From contig DAIENX010000102.1 of the NCBI GenBank assembly GCA_027340875.1, forward strand, positions 1 through 54,712: a DNA stretch of 54,712 bases. Direction: 5' to 3'. Shown piece after piece: positions 18,435 through 26,952 of this stretch. This DNA comes from Elusimicrobiota bacterium. GTDB taxonomy: Bacteria; Elusimicrobiota; Elusimicrobia; Elusimicrobiales; UBA9959. Position numbers and translations under genes: made by a program. The notes beneath the pieces were generated by a model. That model was not told where the DNA came from and did not search any database. It saw only the letters and a list, made by a program, of their open reading frames with translations. Every line of letters begins with the position of its first letter. Within the stretch, counting starts at the first letter, position 1.

Positions 18435-21400
18435 ATGGGGAAAGCTAAAGCGGCCGGCAAGGCCGCGGAGAAGCCCGTGCTTGAGGGGGACAAGACCCTC
18501 AGGTTCCCGCATGCCCTGCTGATAAGCGCCTCCGCCGGCTCCGGCAAGACCTATACCCTCACCCAGCGCTACGTGCAGTTCCTGCTTTCGGAGAAAGTGC
18601 CGGGCAACGACCTTTCCGGCATACTGGCGGTCACCTTCACCAACAACGCGGCCAAGGAGATGAAGGCCCGCATACTCTCCTGGTTGAAGGACCTCGCCCT
18701 CGGCCGCGACGAGGAGAAGCTTAAAGAGACCATGGAGCTGGTCTCGCTGCCCCGCGCGGAGATAGTCAAGCGCGCGGGCGTCCTTGTCGAGCGCATCATA
18801 GACAACTATTCCGATTTCCACATCCAGACCATAGACAGCTTCCTCGCCCGCGTGATGGCGGCCTCGGTGGACGAGCTGAAGCTGCCGCTCAAGGCCGAGA
18901 TCACCATGGCCTACGACGTGCTGATAGACCTCGCCTTATACAGCATGTTCTCGCGCATAGGCAAGGCGGACCTGCCGGCGGAGACGGTGGACAAGTTCCT
19001 CGCCGTCCTGCCCAAGAGCACGGCCTACCCGTGGAACCCGGCCCAGCGCATAAAAGAGAACTTCAACAGCTTCCTCAACCAGGAGGGCAAGACGGCTGGG
19101 GAGCTGGCCGCGGCACCGGTGAACTACGAGGATCTGCTCAAGGCCAAGTTCCGCGCGGTGCATAAGCACGCTGAAGGCCTCATAAAGCATTTCGGCAAGG
19201 AATTCGTTAAGGAGAAGGCCGCCGCGGCCATGGAGGCTGGCAATATCACGGATTTCCTCGCTTCCTACAGCTTCAAGTTCGGCATATTCAACGGCGTTAA
19301 AAAGGGCAAGTTCCCGCCCGGCTGGGAAAAGGACATCGCCCACTTGAGCGACCTGGTCATAGAGCTCACGGAGTTGAACGCCGTGGCCTATTACCACCCG
19401 TACGTCGGTATATACGACAGGTTCAAGGCCGAGCTGGAACGCGTAAAGCGCGGCAAGACGGACGTCATCCACATAAACGACATAGCCAAAAAGCTCGCGG
19501 CCTATATAAACGCTAAGAACGTGCCCGAGATCTACCTTAAGCTGGGCGAGCGCATCTCGCACTTCCTTATAGACGAGTTCCAGGACACCAACCGCCTGCA
19601 GTGGGACGTGCTGCGCCCGCTGGTGGAGGAGGGCATCTCCAAGACGGGCTCGCTGTTCGTGGTGGGGGACATCAAGCAGGCCATCTACATGTTCAGGAAC
19701 GCGGACTACAAGATAATGCGCGACCTGCTGGACAAGGCCGAGGGCAAGAAGGAGACGGCCGACAATCTTTCGCTCGAGCCTTTGGGGGGCGAGCTCAAGT
19801 ACATCAACCTGCCGGTGAACTACCGCTCGGACGGCGAGGTGCTCGGCTACGTGGACAAGCTCTTCAAGGAGAAGCTTAAAGGCTCGCCGCTGGTGGGCGA
19901 GGATATTACGGAGCTCACTTCTTATTCGCAGCATGTGCAGGCGGCCAGGGTTAAGGACGGCTACGTTAAGACCACGGTGCTCGAGGCCGAGGACCTGGAC
20001 GGGCCGGACGGCAAGCGGGACTGGCTGGTGGGGGCGGTGAAGGACGCGCGCAAGCGGCACCGCTACGGGGATATAGCGATCCTCGTGGGCAAGAACAAGC
20101 GCATAGAGCCGGTGGTGGAATGGCTGACGGCCGAGGGCATACCGGTGGCGTCGCTGAGTTCGCTGGACATCCGCAAGCGCAAGGTGGTGGCGGAGCTTAT
20201 CAGCTACCTGAGGTTCCTGGAGACGCCTTCGGACGATCTTTCCTTCGCTGACTTCATCACGGGCGATATTTTCACGCGGCTTACGGGGTTGAAGCGCGGG
20301 GAGCTGCTGGACTTCATATTCAAGGCGCGGCAGGCGGACAAGGGCGGCCTGCTGTACGCGGCTTTCCGCAACGACGCTAAATATAAGGAATACTGGGACC
20401 GCCACCTGGACGAGGTGTTCCGCAAGGTGGGCTACCTGCCGCTATACGAGCTGGCGGCCCTTGTGTACGCGAACCTCAAGCTCTTCGCCAATTTCCCGGA
20501 GGAGCAGGCTTTCCTGTCGCGGTTTCTTGAGGCGGTGAGCGCCCTTGAGGCGGAGGGCGTTACGAGCCCGCGGTCTTTTATTGAGTACGCGGCTGGCGAG
20601 GACGAGGACAAGGCCAAGGTTTTCGCCATCGCGCTGCCGGAGTATATAGACGCGGTGCGGGTGATGACTTTCCACAAGGCGAAGGGGCTGGGCTTTCCTG
20701 TGGTGATAAACCTGCTCTACGAGGAGCGGGGCCAGAGCGACCCTATGTATTTCGAGGAACGGGACGGGGCTATAAACGTTTATCACATTACTAAGGACGC
20801 TGCGGCGGAGTCCGCCAGGCTGCGGCCTATTTACGAGGCGAAGAAGGCGGACGAGGCTGTGCAGGACCTGAACGTGCTGTACGTTATCAGTACGCGGGCT
20901 AAGAACGAGCTTTATAATCTTGTGGTGCGTAAGGCGAGGAAGACGGAGGCCAAGGAGCCTAAGCTGCTGGATATTTTCGAGGATTACGAGGCGGGCAAGC
21001 CGCCCAGCGTGAAGCCGGAGGCGCGTGTTACGGCGCCGCCGGTGGTTATTGCGGGGGTGGCGGGCAGGCCGGAGGCGCGGTTCGAGGCGGCTAAGCCTAC
21101 TTACGGGAGTTTCTTTGAGACGGCTGAGGGCGAGCTGGTGCATGGTATGCTGGCGCGGTTTGTGGAGCTGCCGGGGGATCTTGAGGGGGAGCTCGGGCGG
21201 GCTTTTGATGAGCTGGCGCCGGGGTATCCGTTCGTCTTTAATAAGGAAAAGATAATTAAGGGGCTGTTGGGTTTTCTTAGGGGCGGGGAGGCGGCGGGGT
21301 TGTTCGCGGCTAAGGCTGGGCGCGAGGTGCTTATTGAGGCGGAGTTTATCGATAAGGGCGGCTCGCTGTTCAGGATGGACCGCGTTATTGTGGATAGTGA

Positions 21401-21557
21401 CGCCGTTACTGTTGTGGACTTTAAGACGGGGGCGGAGAATACGGAGAAATACACGGCCCAGATGAAGAACTACCTGGGCATTGTAGGCGAGGTCTACGGC
21501 AAGCCGGTCAAAGGCCTGCTAGCGTATGTGGATTTGGGGAAAATCGTAATAATTTAA
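18435..21557 (+). CDS. addA: AddA/RecB-like UvrD helicase with C-terminal PD-(D/E)xK nuclease
   Basis: ASAGSGKT, TFTNNAA, IDEFQDT, VGDIKQAIY.FR, NYRS, TFHKAKGL; nuclease RMDRV...VDFKTG. Confidence 0.85.
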   Translation: MGKAKAAGKAAEKPVLEGDKTLRFPHALLISASAGSGKTYTLTQRYVQFLLSEKVPGNDLSGILAVTFTNNAAKEMKARILSWLKDLALGRDEEKLKETMELVSLPRAEIVKRAGVLVERIIDNYSDFHIQTIDSFLARVMAASVDELKLPLKAEITMAYDVLIDLALYSMFSRIGKADLPAETVDKFLAVLPKSTAYPWNPAQRIKENFNSFLNQEGKTAGELAAAPVNYEDLLKAKFRAVHKHAEGLIKHFGKEFVKEKAAAAMEAGNITDFLASYSFKFGIFNGVKKGKFPPGWEKDIAHLSDLVIELTELNAVAYYHPYVGIYDRFKAELERVKRGKTDVIHINDIAKKLAAYINAKNVPEIYLKLGERISHFLIDEFQDTNRLQWDVLRPLVEEGISKTGSLFVVGDIKQAIYMFRNADYKIMRDLLDKAEGKKETADNLSLEPLGGELKYINLPVNYRSDGEVLGYVDKLFKEKLKGSPLVGEDITELTSYSQHVQAARVKDGYVKTTVLEAEDLDGPDGKRDWLVGAVKDARKRHRYGDIAILVGKNKRIEPVVEWLTAEGIPVASLSSLDIRKRKVVAELISYLRFLETPSDDLSFADFITGDIFTRLTGLKRGELLDFIFKARQADKGGLLYAAFRNDAKYKEYWDRHLDEVFRKVGYLPLYELAALVYANLKLFANFPEEQAFLSRFLEAVSALEAEGVTSPRSFIEYAAGEDEDKAKVFAIALPEYIDAVRVMTFHKAKGLGFPVVINLLYEERGQSDPMYFEERDGAINVYHITKDAAAESARLRPIYEAKKADEAVQDLNVLYVISTRAKNELYNLVVRKARKTEAKEPKLLDIFEDYEAGKPPSVKPEARVTAPPVVIAGVAGRPEARFEAAKPTYGSFFETAEGELVHGMLARFVELPGDLEGELGRAFDELAPGYPFVFNKEKIIKGLLGFLRGGEAAGLFAAKAGREVLIEAEFIDKGGSLFRMDRVIVDSDAVTVVDFKTGAENTEKYTAQMKNYLGIVGEVYGKPVKGLLAYVDLGKIVII

Positions 21558-21574
21558 AAGCAGTGCAGGGGATT

Positions 21575-22264
21575 ATGGGTAAAACTATTTCTAAAGTGAA
21601 AGTCTTGGCCTTTCTGGCAATTACTTTTACTGTTCCTGTCTCTTTGTTCTCCCAATCAGTTTCAACAAATACTATCAGGAGTAAGTGGAGTAAATCCGAC
21701 TCGAAAATATTGTATTTAGATGCATCTGGTCGTGTGGCCAAAGAGTTGGAAACAGGGAGTAAAGAGAAATTGATTACTCCGCCTACTGCCACATCTTATA
21801 TTGAAAAGTCCGGAGTGACTATTGATGGCGGAGTTAGCTCTGATGGAAATTATGCGTGGATTGATCGGCGTGAGTGGGCTTGGCTTCATGCTGGAAATCA
21901 TGGTGAGAACCTGTTCCAGTATTTTGGGCCGGACGGGAAATTGCTTTGGGAGAGAAATGATGTGTACGGTGTTGCTGTTTCCAGTGATGGTGAGCTGGTC
22001 TTTCTGTTGCAAGTCGATCCTGAATTTATAGAAACGCTAGAGTATGGGAATGGTCCTTCTGAGCCCGCCGTATATACTAGCACTGGCGGCGTTGTGGTAG
22101 AGTTACCAGATTGTGCGACATATCAGACAACATGGTATTTATCCAAGAACGGAGATAAGGCTACTGTCGAATGTTATGTTTTAGAAGATCATCGCAAACA
22201 ATTTACAGCGGTTTATGATGTGTTAAAGAGGAAATTAGCTGTTAGCGCAGTTATTTCGGACTAG
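21575..22264 (+). CDS. Hypothetical exported protein (AT-rich, left edge of island)
   Basis: Long ORF, N-terminal hydrophobic segment, beta-rich, abrupt GC drop. Confidence 0.65.
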   Translation: MGKTISKVKVLAFLAITFTVPVSLFSQSVSTNTIRSKWSKSDSKILYLDASGRVAKELETGSKEKLITPPTATSYIEKSGVTIDGGVSSDGNYAWIDRREWAWLHAGNHGENLFQYFGPDGKLLWERNDVYGVAVSSDGELVFLLQVDPEFIETLEYGNGPSEPAVYTSTGGVVVELPDCATYQTTWYLSKNGDKATVECYVLEDHRKQFTAVYDVLKRKLAVSAVISD

Positions 22265-22271
22265 GTGGTTT

Positions 22272-22620
22272 GTGAGGGCTGCCGGGGGTATGGGCTCCTC
22301 GGGCACGCGGTCTCGCACTGGCCTATGGCCGTGCCGCATCAGGCGCTATGCGCATCAAGCGGCCACCGTGCAGATGGTCGCCCGGGATTCGACGCTCGCT
22401 CATAAGCGGGCGCGCAGAAAGAGGGCCCTTGGGCCTCCGCCGGCCTCGAACTCGCTCGGCACGCAGTGCCTCGCTCAGACAGTCTCGGCCGCGGCCTTAA
22501 TGATAGGCCGTCCGCTCCGGCCGCCCGGGCCCTGCGCCCTAAAATCGCTCACGGCCGATTCTCCCTTGCCTCGCTTAGCGCTTTCAGCCAGGACTGCGTT
22601 TTGGCCGATACTTTTAAGGG
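22272..22620. repeat. GC-rich hairpin-dense non-coding element including 47-bp repeat copy 2
   Basis: GC-rich stretch inside AT-rich DNA; several short inverted repeats; shares 22318-22364 with 6076-6122. Confidence 0.55.
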
Positions 22621-22623
22621 GGG

Positions 22624-22674
22624 TTGACAAACCCCATGTATCTGCTATAATATGGTATCAAATGATACCATATT
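22624..22674 (+). promoter_or_regulatory. TA operon promoter with palindromic operator
   Basis: TTGACA-16-TATAAT (TG extended); perfect palindrome aatatggtatca-aa-tgataccatatt at 22649-22674. Confidence 0.8.
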
Positions 22675-22682
22675 GAGGGAAA

Positions 22683-23003
22683 ATGTCACAGGCAGCACCT
22701 ATGGACGGGAGTTTACGGCAGAAGATACTTCTGCTTTGTCAGTGCCCCTCAAAGGTTACGCTAACTGGTTCGGCAAAAAATGACTCCGGTCGGGTGGGGG
22801 TTACCAAAGAGGGAATATTGCGATGCATTGAAAAACACATCCAATCCGATGGGGTAATAGAAAAAATTTTACAGAAAAAAACAGGAAAACCCGCGTATCT
22901 GATGTTTATGCAGGTGTTAGCAAATAAATATTACGTTAAAGTTCAGTTCTATGGACCAGATAATAACATGATAGTCCTTTCCTTTCATCCCGCGAAATGG
23001 TAA
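22683..23003 (+). CDS. Putative MqsR-like toxin
   Basis: Small basic protein with YYVKVQF and C-terminal IVLSFH, directly upstream of an MqsA-like gene. Confidence 0.6.
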   Translation: MSQAAPMDGSLRQKILLLCQCPSKVTLTGSAKNDSGRVGVTKEGILRCIEKHIQSDGVIEKILQKKTGKPAYLMFMQVLANKYYVKVQFYGPDNNMIVLSFHPAKW

Positions 23004-23039
23004 TTAGGGAATCATTCGCATGGTTAAAGAGAGGCTGAT

Positions 23040-23585
23040 ATGAAAACAAAAATTGAAGAATGTCCAGTTTGTGGATCTAAAAATATGGTGACTGTTAGGG
23101 GGCAGCGACGCTTTCCTATTGGCGTTGATGGGAAAATCCATAATATTGTTGTAAAAGGACTGACTTGGGAGGAATGTTCTGATTGTCATGAGATTTTTTT
23201 AGATGATAATGCCACAAAGATTATTGAGGCTGCTCAATTTCAAGAATTGTCTTTGCTTAGTCCAGCAGAGTTGAAATCAATCCGGCAGGAGCTTAATTTG
23301 AGCCAGACTAGTATGGCCCGGCTTTTGGGAGTAGGTGCTAAAAGTTACTTGCGATGGGAGACTGGCCTTTCTGTGCAAAATAAGGCTATGGATAATCTGA
23401 TCCGTCTGATTGTGGAAAAATTCAAAAAGAAAGAAGAAAATACGAAATATGGGGTTGATCTCTCAGAACGTTTTGAGTATTTAGATTCTATTGAAGAGTG
23501 TCAAGAGCAAGAATCTAGTTTCCTGAATCGTACCCCAGTTGATTGTAGCCCTGTAGCGATGTATTGCGATTCTGGGAGGCATTGA
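23040..23585 (+). CDS. MqsA-family antitoxin (zinc ribbon + HTH)
   Basis: CPVCG...CSDCHE zinc ribbon, then IRQELNLSQTSMARLLGVG...RWETG HTH. Confidence 0.85.
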   Translation: MKTKIEECPVCGSKNMVTVRGQRRFPIGVDGKIHNIVVKGLTWEECSDCHEIFLDDNATKIIEAAQFQELSLLSPAELKSIRQELNLSQTSMARLLGVGAKSYLRWETGLSVQNKAMDNLIRLIVEKFKKKEENTKYGVDLSERFEYLDSIEECQEQESSFLNRTPVDCSPVAMYCDSGRH

Positions 23586-25315
23586 TGCTTAAATTTATAA
23601 CTTTCTATTCATACAAAGGCGGAGTTGGGCGGTCTCTTGCTTTGGTAAATGTTGCGCATTCGTTAGCGATGAAGGGGCGTAAAGTCGTAATTTTAGACTT
23701 TGATTTGGAGGCTCCTGGCCTTGATACAATGCTGGAATTCCAGAAGTCTAACCATGATGGCAAAGGGGTAATCGAATATATCTCGGAATATAAGCAAAAA
23801 GCAGTGCCGCCTAAAAATCTTAGGGAATACACTCGAGAGGTTATTGTTCGTGGTTCCGGAAGTATCGTGTTGATTCCTGCTGGAAAAAAAGACTCTAGCT
23901 ACCAAGTTGAGTTGAGCCGGCTAGACTGGAAAGACTTTTATAGAAAAAAAGATGGTTTTTATTTTATTGAAAATCTTAAATCTCAGATTAAAAAGGAATT
24001 TAATCCGGACTATGTTCTGATTGACTCAAGAACAGGTCTGACGGATATCGGTGGCGTATGCACATTGCATATCCCGGATATGGTGGTGTTGCTCTTCGGC
24101 TTGAACAAGCAAAATCTTGAAGGGATTGAACATGTGAAAAACACTATCCAGTGTAACCCACTGGGCAAAGAAATTGATCTGCTGTTTGTGGCTAGCCCAG
24201 TCCCGGATGGGATTAATCTTGTTGAACAGCGCATCAAAGAGGTCAAAGATAGGCTAAGGGTTGAAGAACAAAATTTCAAAATCGTCCACTATAATTCTGG
24301 GCTTGCACTAGAGGAGAAAATCGTTGTTGCCGGAGAGGCCTATCTGCCACAAAAAGCTGAATATGAGGAAATATCAGCTTGGATTATTCGTAAAAATAGT
24401 AGTGATTTCGAGAATACGCTTGAGAAATGTAGGGAAAAAATGGCCGAAGGTGCTGTCGCTGAGGCAGTGGTTGGTTATATGTCGGTCGCACGCAATTTCC
24501 CATCAAATGAGCATGTCTGTATAGAGTCGGCCAGGGCGCTTGCCTCAATGGAGAAATATAAAGAGGCTCTCGAGTGTATTGCGGGGTTGGTAAAGACTCT
24601 TCCGGATAATGCTGCATATATTCTGGAAACTGCCCGGATTTATGAGAGATGGGGAAAGAGAGCCCAGGCCACAAAAACGCTGGCAACTCTGTCTCCGAAG
24701 ATGTTTTCGAGGAATCATGGGAGATCGGTGTTGGAAGTGGCGCGGATATATGACAAATTAAAAAAGCAATCACCTGCGAGGGAATGGCTTGGTTATGCTG
24801 TTGAATTCTATACTTCAATGCCCAGTTGTATATTTGCATTTACCATTGCAGAATTCTCGATGGCTTTAAAAGAGTACTCGCTTGCAAAAGAGTTTTATGA
24901 GAAGGCATGTGAGTCAGGGGAATTTGTGCTGCCCGCTGCATACAATATGGGGTATGCGATGTATAAATTGGGGGATATCGGCTATAGGCAGAAGTTTGAA
25001 ACAGCTATCGGTCTGTTCGAAAAAGCGGCTACGAGTAATAACCCATTAATGGACGCCAATCGGTGTCAGGCGATGCATTATGCTTATAAATATCTTGGAG
25101 ATTATGAGAAGGCAATGTCGTGCCTCTCAAAAGTAAAGATGCTGTTGTTGCCCTTAAGGGATTATGGGTCCAAATTCACTTTGTTTTCCCCAACGAAATA
25201 CCGCTGGGTCACATATGTTGAGTTTTTAAAAGAAAATAAAAAAGAAACTGCTGCAATCGGTTCAATGTTAAAGAATAAAAGGGGAGGCGAAGCAGGTAGG
25301 CAAGAAAAAAAGTAG
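23585..25315 (+). CDS. KGGVGR-variant ParA/MinD-like ATPase fused to TPR repeats
   Basis: FYSYKGGVGRS, DFDLEAPGL, YVLIDSRTG; helical TPR-like C-terminal half; TGATG overlap with the antitoxin. Confidence 0.8.
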   Translation: MLKFITFYSYKGGVGRSLALVNVAHSLAMKGRKVVILDFDLEAPGLDTMLEFQKSNHDGKGVIEYISEYKQKAVPPKNLREYTREVIVRGSGSIVLIPAGKKDSSYQVELSRLDWKDFYRKKDGFYFIENLKSQIKKEFNPDYVLIDSRTGLTDIGGVCTLHIPDMVVLLFGLNKQNLEGIEHVKNTIQCNPLGKEIDLLFVASPVPDGINLVEQRIKEVKDRLRVEEQNFKIVHYNSGLALEEKIVVAGEAYLPQKAEYEEISAWIIRKNSSDFENTLEKCREKMAEGAVAEAVVGYMSVARNFPSNEHVCIESARALASMEKYKEALECIAGLVKTLPDNAAYILETARIYERWGKRAQATKTLATLSPKMFSRNHGRSVLEVARIYDKLKKQSPAREWLGYAVEFYTSMPSCIFAFTIAEFSMALKEYSLAKEFYEKACESGEFVLPAAYNMGYAMYKLGDIGYRQKFETAIGLFEKAATSNNPLMDANRCQAMHYAYKYLGDYEKAMSCLSKVKMLLLPLRDYGSKFTLFSPTKYRWVTYVEFLKENKKETAAIGSMLKNKRGGEAGRQEKK

Positions 25316-25457
25316 GAAAGTTGCTGGTGATGGGAATTTGCAGAGCATAGACAGTAATATGGAAAACATCAGCATTCTTTTTTGATGGTAAAACATGAAT
25401 AAAAAAGTGACATGGCATTTCGAAGGTTGACAATAAATTAATAGGAGGAATGGTTAA

Positions 25458-25712
25458 ATGGCAGATGATAAGAAGCCGGTGACTATAATTGTGAACGGTA
25501 CGCCACACGAGTGGCCTAGGGGATCAAAGATCTCTTATTCGGAGGTCGTTGTTTTCGAGTACTCCGACTATGCGCAGCATCCTGAAATTACGTATTCAGT
25601 CAAATACAAGAACGGGCATGGGAATAAGCCAGAAGGAACTCTGGTGCCCAGCGCAACGGTCGAGGTAAAAGAGGGGATGATCTTCAGTGTTTCAAGAACT
25701 GGTCAGTCATAA
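25458..25712 (+). CDS. Multi-ubiquitin (beta-grasp) Ubl protein
   Basis: TIIVNG...ISY.EVV...YSVKY..G...VKEGMIF.V..TGQS pattern; RBS aggagg; upstream of an E1-like gene. Confidence 0.75.
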   Translation: MADDKKPVTIIVNGTPHEWPRGSKISYSEVVVFEYSDYAQHPEITYSVKYKNGHGNKPEGTLVPSATVEVKEGMIFSVSRTGQS

Positions 25713-26532
25713 CGACGACATTAGGCGGCTGGTCGAAAAAGGCTATGCAGTCGCTTTTGATGGTGGCCACCTAATCGTGCGTGACATTCCCTATCTGGAT
25801 GCAGAACTAAAGCTCCAGATTGGGGCTATTGTTGCAGAGCTTGTCTTTGTCGACAAAACGCATGTCAAACAGAACGACCATCAGATATTTTTTGCGGGTT
25901 CCGCTCCGTTTAACTTGGATGGTAAGCCAATCCCAAATCTTGCCGGAGGGCCTACAAAACGTGTGCTAGGTGATGCGAGTAAGGATGTGGTAGTGCAGCG
26001 CTCTTTCTCGAACAAGCCGAAAGACACAGGCAAGTTTGTTGACTTCTTCGATAAAATAGAAAACTATGTCAGCATAATATCTGGTCCGGCTATTGAGTTA
26101 CACAACCCAAAGCCATATCCATACACATTCCGTGCAGTTACGGAAATTATCCCTGATTCAATCTTCAAATTCCACGACACTTTAACAAGTCGGGCAGGAA
26201 TTGGGGACTTGTCTGGTAAGCTGAAGGATGATGTTATCGCGGTTATAGGTTTGGGCGGAACAGGTGCTTACTTGCTCGATTTTTTGATTAAGACCCCGGT
26301 GAGGGAAATCCGCGCCTTCGACCTCGATCCGCTTTATGTGCATAATGCATTTCGCTCGCCTGGTAAATTAGATCCCGCTGACTTGGGCAAATCTAAAGCG
26401 GAAGTATATCATGCGAGGTATGATAATTTTCGGAATGGACTGATTGTCACTCCGAAGTTTATTGATGCTGAATGTGGTGCTGATATGGACGGGGTGACAT
26501 TTAGGGAATTGGGGTCAGGTCTTGATTCTTGA
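25687..26532 (+). pseudogene. DUF6791/E2-like + ThiF (E1) fusion, truncated at about 26503 by the island repeat
   Basis: N-terminal HLIVRDIPY...FSNKP; ThiF IAVIGLGGTG, HNAFRSPG, KAEV; the last codons (ELGSGLDS*) are repeat-derived. Confidence 0.75.
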
Positions 26533-26613
26533 CATCGAAGCCGCCGGAAAGTTCCGGCGGTTTTGTTTTTAAATTAACATAATCCACCAAAAAGGCAGCA
26601 GGAGCCTTTTTTG
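26505..26613 (+). repeat. Island repeat copy a (core + hairpin + extension shared with copy e)
   Basis: ggaattggggtcaggtcttgattcttgacatcgaagccgccggaaagttccggcggttttgttttt. Confidence 0.9.
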
Positions 26614-26736
26614 CAGGCGGGATTCGGCAACGAGTTCTCATTGGGGAGAACGTGTCCAACGTGACGCATGCGTATTTGACAATCCGCCGGTTGTCCATTA
26701 CACTATTTGCGCTTATATACTCGCGAAGTTATATTT

Positions 26737-26877
26737 ATGAGCCCATCACGCCTGAAAGGTTTACTCAAGATAACATTGTGCGTGTCACTGCCGCTTTTTG
26801 CCTGTCTCGTATCCGTTAACCCCGTCTTCGCGCGCACATCGACGGATTGGGGTCAGGTCTTGAATCTTGACATTTGA
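26737..26877 (+). pseudogene. 5' remnant of an exported-protein gene truncated by repeat copy b
   Basis: Promoter TTGACA-17-TACACT (26676-26704); MSPSRLKGLLKITLCVSLPLFACLVSVNPVFA signal peptide runs into the repeat 4 codons later. Confidence 0.55.
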
Positions 26878-26914
26878 CATCGAAGCCGCCGGAAAGTTCC
26901 GGCGGTTTTGTTTT
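26845..26914 (+). repeat. Island repeat copy b
   Basis: gattggggtcaggtcttgaatcttgacatttgacatcgaagccgccgg... with duplicated ttgacat. Confidence 0.9.
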
Positions 26915-26952
26915 GTAGAATGTTTTCGTTAGGGTGCCCGGGTATATTTTAG

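Noticed and set aside
22272..22676. 134-aa ORF
   Set aside because: Overlaps a hairpin repeat and the TA promoter/operator, has a low-complexity product and no RBS
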